Source: Candidatus Limnocylindrales bacterium
GTDB taxonomy: Bacteria > Chloroflexota > Limnocylindria > Limnocylindrales > CSP1-4
DNA length: 64,000 nucleotides
Assembly (NCBI GenBank): GCA_035699445.1
Contig: DASSPX010000123.1
Span: 35,777-99,776 of the forward strand
Reading direction: 5' to 3'
Below, piece by piece: positions 1 through 10,100 of the stretch (positions are counted from its first letter, which is position 1; every line of letters starts with the position of its first letter). The notes under the pieces were generated by a model that had not been told where the DNA came from, did no database searches, and was given only the letters and a program-made list of their open reading frames with translations. The position numbers were made by a program, and so were the translations under genes.

Positions 1-1
1 G

Positions 2-511
2 CTCGCCGCCTCGCGGCTCGCGTCATGGCTGGATCGGCGTGGCATCGAGGCGACGGCGATCCATTCCGACCGCTCGCAGTCGGACCGGCTGAAGGCGCTC
101 GAGGCGTTCAAGTCGGGCGAGGTCCGGGTCCTCGTCGCGACCGACGTCGCTGCGCGCGGCCTCGACATCGAGGAGCTGCCGCACGTCGTGAACTTCGAGC
201 TACCGTGGGATCCCGAGGACTACGTCCACCGGATCGGCCGGACCGGCCGGGCCGGGGCGAGCGGTGACGCGGTCAGCCTCGTCACCGTGGACGAGGCTGA
301 CCTGCTCCGCGGCGTCCAGCGCCTCCTGAAGCGGCAGATTCCGTGGAAGGTGGAGCGGGGCTTCGAGCCGACGCCGGGCGAGCGGGCCCGCCCGCTCCGC
401 GGACCGAGCGCCGGAGGCCCGTCGCGCGGGCATGCCGCCTACCGTGGCGGCGCGGCCCGCCGGCCGCGCCCCGAGGGCGGCGCCAGGGCCCGCCGGGCGA
501 AGGTCGCCTAG
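2..511 (+). CDS. DEAD-box ATP-dependent RNA helicase, C-terminal fragment (gene starts upstream of the window)
   Basis: The frame-2 translation from nt 2 gives ...[56 protein letters not shown]..., which covers helicase motifs V and VI ([10 protein letters not shown]) of DEAD-box proteins. The Arg/Gly-rich tail ends at TAG 509-511. Confidence 0.85.
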   Translation, partial: LAASRLASWLDRRGIEATAIHSDRSQSDRLKALEAFKSGEVRVLVATDVAARGLDIEELPHVVNFELPWDPEDYVHRIGRTGRAGASGDAVSLVTVDEADLLRGVQRLLKRQIPWKVERGFEPTPGERARPLRGPSAGGPSRGHAAYRGGAARRPRPEGGARARRAKVA

Positions 512-1032
512 CTCGCCACGCCCCAGGCGCCGACGCCGGCCGCCTCGACGACCGACGCGCCCGGAAAGTAGAAGCCCAGCTCCAGGTCTGCGTCGACGCG
601 CTCGACCGCGTACCGGTGGACGAGCACCGCCTCGTGTTCGGCGACCGGCTGCCCGTCGGTCGCGCGGCTGATCCGGACGTTCCGGAGCTGGATGAACGAG
701 CCCGACGGGCGGGTGAGCGCGCGCCCCGGGTCGAACCCCGGCATCGTCCCGAGGTCGCCATCCACGATCCACGGGCCGACGAGCAGGCGGATCGTCCGCC
801 ACTGAGCGTGCGCATGGACGCCCTCGTCGCTGTCGAGCGCGATCAGGATGTCGTCCGGGTGGAGGTGCACGTCATCGTGCGATCGGGACTCGGTCGCGTG
901 ATCGAGGGGTGCGAACGTCGCCTCGCGGATCTCGATGACCGGCTGGCTCTCGAGGCGGTCACGGACAGTGCCGATCCCCGGCGCGCGACCTCGCACCAGG
1001 CCGGCGATCGTGTAGGCCGAGAACGGGATCAT
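508..1032 (-). CDS. hypothetical protein (possible metal-binding fold, family not recognised)
   Basis: The ORF 508..1347 has a compositionally junk N-terminus. The plausible start is the internal ATG at 1032 ([13 protein letters not shown]...). The region [24 protein letters not shown] is His-rich. I could not assign a family. Confidence 0.4.
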   Translation of the reverse strand: MIPFSAYTIAGLVRGRAPGIGTVRDRLESQPVIEIREATFAPLDHATESRSHDDVHLHPDDILIALDSDEGVHAHAQWRTIRLLVGPWIVDGDLGTMPGFDPGRALTRPSGSFIQLRNVRISRATDGQPVAEHEAVLVHRYAVERVDADLELGFYFPGASVVEAAGVGAWGVAS

Positions 1033-1186
1033 GGCGCCCTCCGGATGCGCGCGTGTCGGGCAGCCTGCGCCGTCGGCCGTAGGCCGACAAGCACCGTCGG
1101 TACCGGCGCCGGGCCGCGTTTCGTACCCCGGGCGATCTTCGCGGTGTGCCCCGGCACCGAGCCGCCGGTCAGCGATCGCCCCCGGC

Positions 1187-1963
1187 TCAGCTGCCGACCG
1201 GCCGGATCGCCGAGGGCCGAGGCGCGCGGGTGGGGTTGAGCCCGATCCGTCGGCAGGCGAGCGCGAAGGCGGCCGCGTCGCGCGGTGCGCACGCCCGCGG
1301 GTCGTTGTTGAAGTACACGAACGCCTCGGCATCGCTCCCCCATCCATCGTGGAGCCGGGTCGCCCAGGACGCCAGCGCGGCGCGGCCGTAGCACGGGGGC
1401 GGCGACGCGCGGCCCTCGTGGAAGCGGAGGAACGTCCAGTCGGCCGTTCGCCACACCGGCGAAGTCGGTCGTCCCCGGTCCGTGAGGCACAGCGCGGCGC
1501 CGTGCCGCCCGAGCAGGGCCCGGGTCCGGTCGGTCCACCAGCTGTCGTGCCGGAACTCGACTGCGACGCGCACCGACGGCGGCATGCGCTCCAGAACCGC
1601 CTCCAGCCGGTCGTGGTCGGCCGTCAGCGTCGGCGGCAGCTGGATCAGCACCGGCCCGAGCTTCGAGCCGAGTCCCGCGACGCGGCCGAGGAACCGATCC
1701 ACGGGCTCGGCGGGGGCGGAGAGCCGCCGGATGTGGGTCAGGTACCGGCTCATCTTCACGGCCATCACGAAGTCATCCGGGGTGCGGGCCGCCCACGCCT
1801 CGAACGTCGCACGCTCGGGCAGACGGTAGAACGCGTTGTTCGACTCGACCGTGGCGAAGCGGTCCGCGTACGACTCGAGCCAGCGGTTCTGGGACAGGCC
1901 TGCGTACACCCGCTCGCGCCAGTCGCGATACTGCCAGCCCGAGGTCCCGATCCAGACGGTCAT
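1187..1963 (-). CDS. DUF72 family protein (YecE-like)
   Basis: MTVWIGTSGWQYRDW... is the characteristic DUF72 N-terminus. ATG at 1963 (alternative upstream start at 1993). Confidence 0.8.
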   Translation of the reverse strand: MTVWIGTSGWQYRDWRERVYAGLSQNRWLESYADRFATVESNNAFYRLPERATFEAWAARTPDDFVMAVKMSRYLTHIRRLSAPAEPVDRFLGRVAGLGSKLGPVLIQLPPTLTADHDRLEAVLERMPPSVRVAVEFRHDSWWTDRTRALLGRHGAALCLTDRGRPTSPVWRTADWTFLRFHEGRASPPPCYGRAALASWATRLHDGWGSDAEAFVYFNNDPRACAPRDAAAFALACRRIGLNPTRAPRPSAIRPVGS

Positions 1964-2072
1964 CGCGCGACAGCGTGGCGCGTTCCCCGTCACGGGCGCG
2001 TCAACCGGACTTCCGGCCGGGCCGCGCGCGGCTCACGGGTGGCGGTGGCGGGTGGTGCACCGGGGCGAGCCC

Positions 2073-3422
2073 TCACTGCACCTCCGGGCAGCTCGGGCAG
2101 TCCGGGCGCGCCGGCAGGACGAGACGGAGGAGCGAGCGCGCGATCGGCGCCGGGTCGACCCCGTTCTCGTTCATCAGGATCGCGATCGAGATGCCCTCGT
2201 CCGGCAGGTAGCGAACGAACGACCGGAAGCCGAGGAGGCGCCCGGTGTGGCCGACCGCCTCGCGACCCAGGAGCTGCGCGACCTGGATCCCCAGCCCGTA
2301 CGGGACGCGCGCGCCGAGCGCCGCCGTGGCGAGCGCGTCCGCACGCATCGCCGCGCGCGTCGCGCGGCCGAGGACGTCCCGGCCCGCGAGCGCCTCGATC
2401 CATCGCGCCGCGTCGCGCGAGGTGCTCGCCATCGCACCGGCGCCGCCCGCGGCGGTGAGCACCGACCGGAAGGGCATCAGGCCGTCCGGGGCGCCGACGG
2501 CCCGGAACTGCGGGTCGCTGCGGCTGCCGCGCACCCGGTGCCCGCGCGCCGTCGGGACGACCGGCGGCTCGGCGACCTGGGTCCAGGTCTCGGCCAGGCC
2601 GAGCGGCTCGAGCAGCCGCTCGCGCACGACGGCCGCCAGCGACTGACCGGTGACGACCTCGATCAGCTCGCCGAGCAGCAGGTAGTTCGTGTTCGAGTAG
2701 TAGAACCGCGCCCCGGGCGCGCCGATCGGGTCGCGGACGTAGCGGAGCGCGCGCTGCAGGCTCCACGCCGCGTCCGGATCGCCCTGGAGGGCGGCGTCGA
2801 TCCTCGGGTCGAGGAAGTAGTCCGCCAGGCCGCTCGTATGGTCGAACAGCATCCGGATCGTGATCCGGCGATCCAGGTCCAGGTCCGGCAGCAGCGCCGC
2901 CACGGAGGCGTCGAGGTCGAGCTCACCGGACTCGACGAGCAGCAGCCCGACGGCAGCCGTGTACGTCTTCGACACCGAGCCGAGCGCGAACGCCGTGTCC
3001 CGCGTGACGGGCTCGCCCGTGGTCGCGTCCGCGATCCCGGTGGTGCCTGTCCACTCCTCGCCGTCCAGCCACCGGATCGTGACCGCCATCCCGGGGATGC
3101 CGCGGCGCGCCCGGATCGCGTCCAGTCGGCGCTGGAGCGCCGCCGACGGCACGGGGGGCCGCAGATGGCTCATCGGCGGCAGCGGGCGCCCGGTCGACGC
3201 GGTCCCGGGCGAGGCTGGCAGATCGGCCGATGGCGACGGATTCGCCGGCGTCGCCGGGGCGGATGACGTCGGGCTGCCGGCGCTGGGGGCCGCCCCCGAG
3301 CCGACGGGCCCGGCCGGCGGCGGCACCGCCGATCCGCAGCCCGTGATCGCAGTCGCCAGGACGGCCGTGAGCAGCGTCTCGAGCACGCGCCGACGGCGCC
3401 GTGCCGTCCGCTGGGCGATCAT
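2073..3422 (-). CDS. serine hydrolase, beta-lactamase/DD-peptidase family, lipoprotein
   Basis: SVSKTY (SxxK active-site motif) and YSNTNY are present. The N-terminus has a lipobox (LATAITGCGS) followed by a Pro/Ala/Ser-rich linker. ATG at 3422. The upstream part of the ORF (to 3740) is Arg-rich junk. Confidence 0.8.
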   Translation of the reverse strand: MIAQRTARRRRRVLETLLTAVLATAITGCGSAVPPPAGPVGSGAAPSAGSPTSSAPATPANPSPSADLPASPGTASTGRPLPPMSHLRPPVPSAALQRRLDAIRARRGIPGMAVTIRWLDGEEWTGTTGIADATTGEPVTRDTAFALGSVSKTYTAAVGLLLVESGELDLDASVAALLPDLDLDRRITIRMLFDHTSGLADYFLDPRIDAALQGDPDAAWSLQRALRYVRDPIGAPGARFYYSNTNYLLLGELIEVVTGQSLAAVVRERLLEPLGLAETWTQVAEPPVVPTARGHRVRGSRSDPQFRAVGAPDGLMPFRSVLTAAGGAGAMASTSRDAARWIEALAGRDVLGRATRAAMRADALATAALGARVPYGLGIQVAQLLGREAVGHTGRLLGFRSFVRYLPDEGISIAILMNENGVDPAPIARSLLRLVLPARPDCPSCPEVQ

Positions 3423-3595
3423 GCGCGGACGATACGTCGCGCCGCCCGTGCGTTCGGTCCAGCCACCAGCGAGGTGCCGCCATCTCCCCTCCCCCGGGCA
3501 CGTCACGCACCGCTCCCGCGCTCCTGCGCGCCGTCGGGCTCCTGCCGGACGGCCCGGCACGCTGGGGGCGCCCGCTCGCTGCGGCCGGGTCAGGC

Positions 3596-4714
3596 GTGTT
3601 CGTGATCGAGCTCGGGACGCCGCTCCCCACCGCGCCGCTCGACCTCGCACGGGTCGGGAAGTGGATCGAGCGGGTCCCGGACCTTCGGCTCGACGGCGAG
3701 CGGCCCAGCTCCCGCGCGCTGCTCGCCCGCCTCGCCGCATTCTGGCTGCCCGGTGAGCCGATCCTGTTCATCGGGAGCACGGCGGGCTCGGTCGGCGCGC
3801 GCGTCGGGTCGATCGCGCGGACCGCGCTCGGCGAGCGCCGCCCGTCGGCGTCGGCCCACTGGATCCACGCCCTGCGGACCACGGACGACCTCCGCGTCTG
3901 GTGGGCGAGGACGGATGCCCACGAGGAATACGAGGACGCCCTGCTGACCGCGTTCGGCGCCGGTCTGGGTCCGGCCGCCGTCGCCGCCCTGCCGGACACG
4001 CGCGTGATCCTCCCATGGGCGAACCTGCGCACGCCGACGGGCGAGCGGAAGGCCACGGGGATCACGAGCCCCGTCCTGCCCGGAACGCCCGAGCCCGCGC
4101 CACCGCCGGTCACGACGATCGTGGACCTGCCGGCGGGCGAGGCCGACGGCGCGCGGGACGAGGCGGCGCGCCGCGCGCGACCCGCACGCGGTCGGGGAAC
4201 CGGACGGGTCGCCTCGGCGGCCGCGTACGCCGCACAGGGCTCGCCGCGCGTCGCATCCGAACCCGTCTACCTCTCCCCGCAGGGACGGGAGCGCCTCGAG
4301 GCCGAGCTCGAGGAGCTCCGGACGGTCGTTCGCCCCCAGGTGATCGCCCGGATCGCCGCAGCGCGCGAGCTCGGCGACCTGCGCGAGAACAGCGAGTACC
4401 ACGCGGCGCGCGAGGAGCAGTCGTTCCTCGAGGGCCGGATCCGCTCGATCGAGATGCGGCTCCGGTCGGCGGTGGTGATCGACCCCGAGACGCGCGGCAC
4501 GGTCGCGGACCTCGGCTCCACGGTCCGCGTGGAGGTCGACGGCGAGGAGCGGCGCCTGACGATCGTCGGATCGGCCGAGGCGGACCTCGGGGCGGGCCGG
4601 ATCTCGAACGTCTCGCCGGTCGGGCGCGCCCTGCTCGGACGGCGCGCCGGCGACGTGGTGACGATCCGCACGCCCTCGGGCGAGATCCGGTACGCGGTGC
4701 TCGCGATCGAGTAG
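3596..4714 (+). CDS. greA: GreA/GreB-family transcription elongation factor with ~210-aa N-terminal extension
   Basis: The C-terminal ~155 aa (YLSPQGRERLEAELEELR...SPVGRALLGRRAGDVVTIRTPSGEIRYAVLAIE) is a full GreA coiled-coil + FKBP-like domain. There is no stop and no ATG/GTG between the extension and the GreA core, so they appear to be fused. The start is uncertain: the ORF opens at 3401 but overlaps the divergent gene, and GTG 3596 or 3602 is the first plausible start. Confidence 0.65.
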   Translation: MFVIELGTPLPTAPLDLARVGKWIERVPDLRLDGERPSSRALLARLAAFWLPGEPILFIGSTAGSVGARVGSIARTALGERRPSASAHWIHALRTTDDLRVWWARTDAHEEYEDALLTAFGAGLGPAAVAALPDTRVILPWANLRTPTGERKATGITSPVLPGTPEPAPPPVTTIVDLPAGEADGARDEAARRARPARGRGTGRVASAAAYAAQGSPRVASEPVYLSPQGRERLEAELEELRTVVRPQVIARIAAARELGDLRENSEYHAAREEQSFLEGRIRSIEMRLRSAVVIDPETRGTVADLGSTVRVEVDGEERRLTIVGSAEADLGAGRISNVSPVGRALLGRRAGDVVTIRTPSGEIRYAVLAIE

Positions 4715-4723
4715 CCCGGGCGG

Positions 4724-5431
4724 CTACCCGGAGGCGCTGTGGCGTCGCGGAACGAACGCCATCACGAGCACGACCACGCCGAGCACGACGAGCGCGGCCG
4801 GCAGGACCGTGTCGAGGTCCGCGATCCTGTTCCCCGAGAGCCCGATCACGGCCTCGAAGAAGAACGCGAAGCCGAGGAACAGGCCGATCGCGACGAGGAT
4901 CGTCCGCAGGCCGTTCGCGACGATGTCCCGGTAGCCGCGAAACAGGCCGAACAGGAACATCCCGACGCCCACGCCGCCCGGCGCCACGAGCGCCCATGCA
5001 TATGCCCACGTCGCATACAGATCCGTGGCCGACTGGACCCACAGGACGAGGCCGACCATCGTCACGATCCCCCCGGGAATGGCGAGGCCGACCCCGCCGC
5101 GGTCCGGGATGAACAGCGAGCCGATGAGCATCGCCACGCCCGGCACCACGATCCAGAGGGGCCACGTCTCGACGCCCAGCTCGATGGTCACGAAACGGCC
5201 GGCGAGGAAGGCGAGGCCGACCACGACGAGGACCACGCCGGCGACGAGCGGGCCCCGATCGAGCCGCTCGGCCGGCCGGACGGGCGGCGGCGGCGCCGTC
5301 GATTCGGGCGGGTCGGGGGCCGGCGGCTGCGCCGTCGATTCGGTCGCGTCGGGGGCCGGCGGCTGCGCCGGCGTGTCGGCGGGCCAGGGCTCGGTGGTGG
5401 ACGCGTCGGGACGGGTTGGGCGTTCGTCCAT
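4724..5431 (-). CDS. membrane protein with Pro-rich repetitive N-terminus and 5-6 TM helices
   Basis: MDERPTRPD... is followed by PAQPPAPDATESTAQPPAPDPPESTAPPPP and then hydrophobic helices. ATG at 5431 (GTG alternative at 5482). Confidence 0.6.
   Translation of the reverse strand: MDERPTRPDASTTEPWPADTPAQPPAPDATESTAQPPAPDPPESTAPPPPVRPAERLDRGPLVAGVVLVVVGLAFLAGRFVTIELGVETWPLWIVVPGVAMLIGSLFIPDRGGVGLAIPGGIVTMVGLVLWVQSATDLYATWAYAWALVAPGGVGVGMFLFGLFRGYRDIVANGLRTILVAIGLFLGFAFFFEAVIGLSGNRIADLDTVLPAALVVLGVVVLVMAFVPRRHSASG
5281..5400. repeat. tandem direct repeat (~42 bp x ~2.5) inside CDS 4724..5431
   Basis: ggcggctgcgccgtcgattcgg(g/t)cg(g/c)gtcgggggcc is repeated back-to-back. It encodes the PAPD...ST(A)QPP repeats of the N-terminal tail. 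Confidence 0.7.
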
Positions 5432-5514
5432 GGCTGGACTCCAGGCGGCGACGGGCACGTCGAGTCTAGGCCCGCACCCCACCGTCGGTGAGGCCGTGCG
5501 GTGTGGTCAGGGGA

Positions 5515-5688
5515 TCAGCGCGCGAGCGTGAGCCGCAGACCGGCAAGCCGGAGACCCGGGAGGCGGAGGGCGCGCGGGTTCGTGTCGCTCTCCGCGCGGA
5601 AGATCCGTGCCTCGCGTGCGGATCGAGATGCGGCGCGCAGATCGGCCTGGCGCTCCTGCGCGATCTGGAGCTCGATCGGGTGGCGCAT
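5515..5688 (-). CDS. small ORF (57 aa), hypothetical
   Basis: ATG at 5688 is preceded (minus strand) by AGGAGG with a 9-nt spacer (mRNA ...gacAGGAGGaaccccgcgAUG). It encodes MRHPIELQIAQERQADLRAASRSAREARIFRAESDTNPRALRLPGLRLAGLRLTLAR. It lies 158 nt downstream of the LuxR regulator, is not in the ORF track (<60 aa), and is Arg/Leu-rich so could be chance. Confidence 0.25.
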   Translation of the reverse strand: MRHPIELQIAQERQADLRAASRSAREARIFRAESDTNPRALRLPGLRLAGLRLTLAR

Positions 5689-5845
5689 CGCGGGGTTCCT
5701 CCTGTCCCTCGACCCTGGTCCGGGGCGAGTGCTGCGCGGAGGATCGCGCTCGTATCGCCGGTGGCCACCCGGCGCGAATGGGTGCCGCGGCTGGACGAAC
5801 GCCGCACGCGGCTGCGCGTCGAATGTCCTGCCTGGCGGGCGGGCC

Positions 5846-6541
5846 CTACGCCTTCGGCGGCTCCGCGAGCTTGTGCTCGACCGCCCACAGCGCCGCCTGC
5901 GTCCGCGACGCGAGCCCGAGCTTGCCCAGGATGTTCGAGACGTACGTGCGCGCCGTCCGCTCGGTGATGAACAGCTGCGCGCCGATCTCCTTGTTGCTCA
6001 TCCCCTGCCCGAGCAGGCGCATGACGTCCTTCTCGCGCTCCGTGAGCGGCTCGACCGGCTCGGGCTCCTTCTTCGCGCGCATCCGCTGCGCGAGCAGCCG
6101 GGCGACCTGCGGGTCGAGGTGCACCTCGCCGGCGAACGCCGCGCGGATCGCCTGCGCGACCTCCTCGGCCTCGGCGTCCTTGAGCACGTAGCCCGACGCG
6201 CCGGCCTCCAGCGCGGAGGTGACCTTCTCCTCCTCGATGAACGAGGTCATCGTCACGATCTCGGTCTCGGGGAGCTCAGCCTTGATCCGGCCGATCGCGG
6301 TGACGCCGTCCATGTTCGGCATGAGGAGGTCCATCAGGACGACGTCCGGCTTGAGGCGGCGCGCCATCGCCACGCCCTCGCTGCCGTCGGACGCCTCGCC
6401 CACGACTTCGATGTCGTCGACCAGGTCGAAGTACGCCTTGAGGCCCATCCGGACGACCGCGTGGTCGTCCACGAGCAGCACGCGGATGCGGGCGTCGGAT
6501 TCCACGGGGCGTGTCCTCGGAGTGTGGGGAGCGATCGACAT
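5846..6541 (-). CDS. two-component response regulator, NarL/FixJ (LuxR HTH) family
   Basis: Receiver domain (IRVLLVDDHAVVRMGL...DVVLMDLLMPNMDG) plus C-terminal LuxR HTH (LTEREKDVMRLLGQGMSNKEIGAQLFITERTARTYVSNILGKLG). Confidence 0.9.
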   Translation of the reverse strand: MSIAPHTPRTRPVESDARIRVLLVDDHAVVRMGLKAYFDLVDDIEVVGEASDGSEGVAMARRLKPDVVLMDLLMPNMDGVTAIGRIKAELPETEIVTMTSFIEEEKVTSALEAGASGYVLKDAEAEEVAQAIRAAFAGEVHLDPQVARLLAQRMRAKKEPEPVEPLTEREKDVMRLLGQGMSNKEIGAQLFITERTARTYVSNILGKLGLASRTQAALWAVEHKLAEPPKA

Positions 6542-6565
6542 GACGGGCGATGCGGTGGCCCGAGT

Positions 6566-7015
6566 CTAGCGGCCGGGGCTGCGCTCCGCCTCGGGGGGCA
6601 CGCTGCGGGCGCAGCGCGCGACCGCCTCGGCCAACTCCTGCGGTCGGAACGTCTTGCGCAGGAAGCCGTCGGCGCCTGCCGCCCGAACGTCCGGCTCGAG
6701 GCCGGGCGTCGAGGCCATCCCGAGGATGCGTCCACCAGCGCTCACGGCCCGGACCCTGCGGATGAACGCGAGCCCCTGCGCGAGGTCGGGCAGGCGCGGG
6801 TCGACGACGACGACGTCGGGCTGCTCGCGCCGGATGACCGTCAGCGCCTCGGCCGGCCGTCCGGCGCTGCCGACGACGCGACAGCGATCGTGGACCCCGA
6901 GCAGCCGGACGAGGCTTTCCCGCGTCCGGTCATCCGCATCCACGACCACGACGGTGGGCCCCCCGCTCGCGGCGGGCGACGCCTGAACCGGCGCGGGGGA
7001 TACGAGGTCCGTCAT
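6566..7015 (-). CDS. stand-alone response-regulator receiver domain protein
   Basis: The CheY-like fold is visible (TVVVVDADD...DVVVVDPRLPD...ADGFLRKTF). There is no output domain. It sits between the kinase and the LuxR regulator. Confidence 0.7.
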   Translation of the reverse strand: MTDLVSPAPVQASPAASGGPTVVVVDADDRTRESLVRLLGVHDRCRVVGSAGRPAEALTVIRREQPDVVVVDPRLPDLAQGLAFIRRVRAVSAGGRILGMASTPGLEPDVRAAGADGFLRKTFRPQELAEAVARCARSVPPEAERSPGR

Positions 7016-7111
7016 ACCCGGGAGTCTGGCCGGTGTTACATCACACCCGCCAGCGACCCTCGGCCGGTCGCATCTACGTCAAGTGTCGCGGGTCCGCCGA
7101 CGGAAGCCTGA

Positions 7112-10100
7112 TCAGCCGGCCTGGACGTCGCCCGGCGGGGCGCTCATGGCCGACGTGGGCACGACGCACTCGACGACCGTCCCGCGACCCGGCTCGGAGG
7201 TCACCGTGATCCGTCCGCCGAGCTTCTCGGCGCGGGCGCGCATCCCCGCCAGGCCGAGGTGGCCGGCAGGCACCCGCTCCGGATCGAAGCCCCGGCCGTC
7301 GTCGCGCACGACGAGCCGCACGGCATCGGGCTGCTGCTCGATCTCGATCCGGACCTCGCGCGCACCGGCGTGCTTCACGACGTTGTGGAGCGCCTCCTGG
7401 GCGATCCGGTACAGCGTGTCCTCGACCTCGAGCGACGGGCGCTCCGGCAGCTCGCCCTCGAGCACGACCGGCAGCCCGATCCGGCCGGACAGGCCGGCGA
7501 CATGCGTCCGCAGGGCGCCGATCAGGCCGTTCTCGGCCACGTTGCCCGGCCGGAGCTCAAAGATGAGCGCGCGCATCTCGGCCAGGGCGTCGCGCTGGAG
7601 GTCGCGCAGGGCCGCGAGCTTCGCCGGCACCTGCGCGGGATCCTTCGTGAGCAGCATCTCGATGCTCCGCGAAAGGAGGGTCATCGAGAACAGCGCCTGG
7701 GTCACCGAGTCGTGCAGCTCGCGGGCGAGATGGGAGCGCTCCTCGCTCGAGGCGAGCTCGGCGGCCTGGCGCCGCAGGTCGCGCTCGAGGCGGTCGCGCT
7801 CGCTCACGTCGCGCGCCGCACCGTGGGCGCCCGCGAAGCGCCCGTCGACGAGCATCGCGATCCCGGAGATCTCCATCGTCAGCTCACGCCCGTCGCGGGT
7901 CATCACGGGCAGCCGCGACCGGTGGGCCTCGTTCGGACGCCGCGCGAGGTAGCGGAACAGCGTCCGCGCGCGACGCCGGACGTGCGCCGGGGCGAGATCG
8001 TCGAACGTCCGCCCGACGAGCTCGTCCGGACTCCAGCCGAGGATCTGGGCGGTCGTGTCGGAGACGAACGTGAACCGCCCGTCGGCGTCCGTCACCCAGA
8101 CCATGTCGGGCGACGACTGGACGAGGAACCGGTAGCGGCCCTCGGATTCGCGCAGCTCCCGCTCGAGGCGCTCCCGCTCGGTCATGTCCCGGGCCGCGCC
8201 GTAGACGCCCGCGAACCGGCCGTCACGGACGAGGCCGCGCGCGCTCACCTCGAACGGGATCGGCTGCCCGTCCGCGTGGACGAGCAGGTAGCGGAAGACC
8301 ATCTCCTTCGACGGGTCCGCCGCCATCTCCGCGAAGCGCCGGCCGCGCTCCTCGCCGGGCACCCCCTCGGAGATCTCGGCAAAGGGCCGGCCCAGGAGCT
8401 GCTCCGGCCGGTAGCCGAGCGCGCGCTCGATCGTCTCGGACACGTACGTGAGCCGTCCCTGCTCGTCGGTCGAGAAGATGATGTCGGGCGAGTTCTCGAC
8501 GAGGAACCGGTAGCGCTCCTCGGACTCGCGCAGCTCGCGCTCGAGGCGCTCGCGATCGCTGATGTCGCGCAGCGTCCCCTGGGCGCCCGAGAACACGCCG
8601 TCCTCCCAGAACGCGACCGCGGAGACCTCGGCCGGGAACTCGCTCCCGTCGCGCCGGCGAAGCTGGATCCGGATCCGCCACGAGGCGTCGGGCGCGGCGC
8701 GGAGCTCCTCCCAGGCGGCGAGCGCCTGAGGCTGGTCGCGCTCGGCCACGACCAGCGCGTACGACTGGCCGATCAGCTCGTCCGCCCGCCAGCCGAACAG
8801 CTGCTCGGCGCTGTCGGCGATGAACGTGAACCGGCCCTCGGCGTCGTTCCGCCAGATGACGTCCGGCGACGCCTGGACGAGGCCGCGGAACTCCCGCTCC
8901 GATGCCTCGAGGCGCGTGTACAGGTCCGAGTTCGAGAGCGCGATCGCGGCATGGTCCGCGAGCGCCTGGAGGACCTCGAGGCGGTCGCCCGGGATGGGGC
9001 CCGGCGCCGCATAGTTGACGGCGAGCGTGCCGATGACCTCCCCGCCCGGCGCGCGCAGCGGCGCGGCGGCCATCGCGCCCAGCCGGAGCCGTTCGGCAAC
9101 CGCGAGATCGGACGGGTCGCGCGGGATCCGCGGGTCCATCGCGTAGTCCGGGGTCCAGACGACCCGGCCGAGCGAGGCCGCGAGCCCGTTGATGCCGCCG
9201 TCGACCGGGAACTCGAGGCCCTTGATCCAGATCGCGGTCTCGGGATCCTCGGCGCCCGCGACGACCACCGGCCGGAGCACCCGCTCGTCGTCGGCAAGCC
9301 GGGTGAGGTGCGCGCCATCGGAGCCGAGGACCCGCCGCGCCTCCTCGACGATCAGCTCCAGGATCCCCTGCGGGTCCCGGATCGCGGTGATCCGGGCCGC
9401 GATCTCGCGCAGCGTCCGCTCGGTCTCGGCGCGCCGGGCCGTCTCCTCGCGCGACTGCCCGAGGGCACGGATGAGCTCGGCATTCCGGATCGCGATCGCG
9501 GCCTGGTCGGCGAGCGCGCTCAGCTGCCGCTCGACCGTCTCGTCGAACCGGTCGGCATCGGTGGCGACCACGGACAGGACGCCGAGGACCATGCCCTCGG
9601 CGAGGAGCGGGGTGGCGATCGCCGCCTTGTGGCCCTTCGCCCGGGCAAGGGCGTCACCGGACGGCGAGTGGATGAACCGCTCGTCGGACAGGTAGTCGCG
9701 GGTGCGCACGGCCCGCCGCATCCGCACCGCGAGCCCGGAGATGCCCTCCTCGACGTCGCGGACATCGGTCGTGGCGTCGAGCATCGTCACGTCCTCGACC
9801 CCCTGGTCCGCGACCTCGAAGCGCAGCCGACCCGTCGCCGGATCGAGGAGGTGGAGGAACGACATGTCCGAGCCGGCCAGGCGCTTCGCCGCGTCGACGA
9901 TCCGCTGGAGCACCTCGCGCGGCTCGCCGATCGTGGTCAGCTCGGCGACGATCTCGCGGAGCGTGCGCTCCGCGTCGGCCGTCCGACGGAGCGCCTCGCG
10001 CGACGACGCGAGCTCCTCGATCAGCCGGGCGTTCGTGACCGCGATCGCCGCCTGGTCGGCCAGGGACTGGAGGACCGCGGCGTCCTCGGCGCCGAACGCG

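Noticed and set aside
3401-3595. N-terminal 65 codons of the ORF-track GreA ORF (start 3401)
   Set aside because: It overlaps the divergently oriented beta-lactamase-family gene start (3422) and is Arg/Ser/Pro-rich. The first plausible start is the GTG at about 3596.
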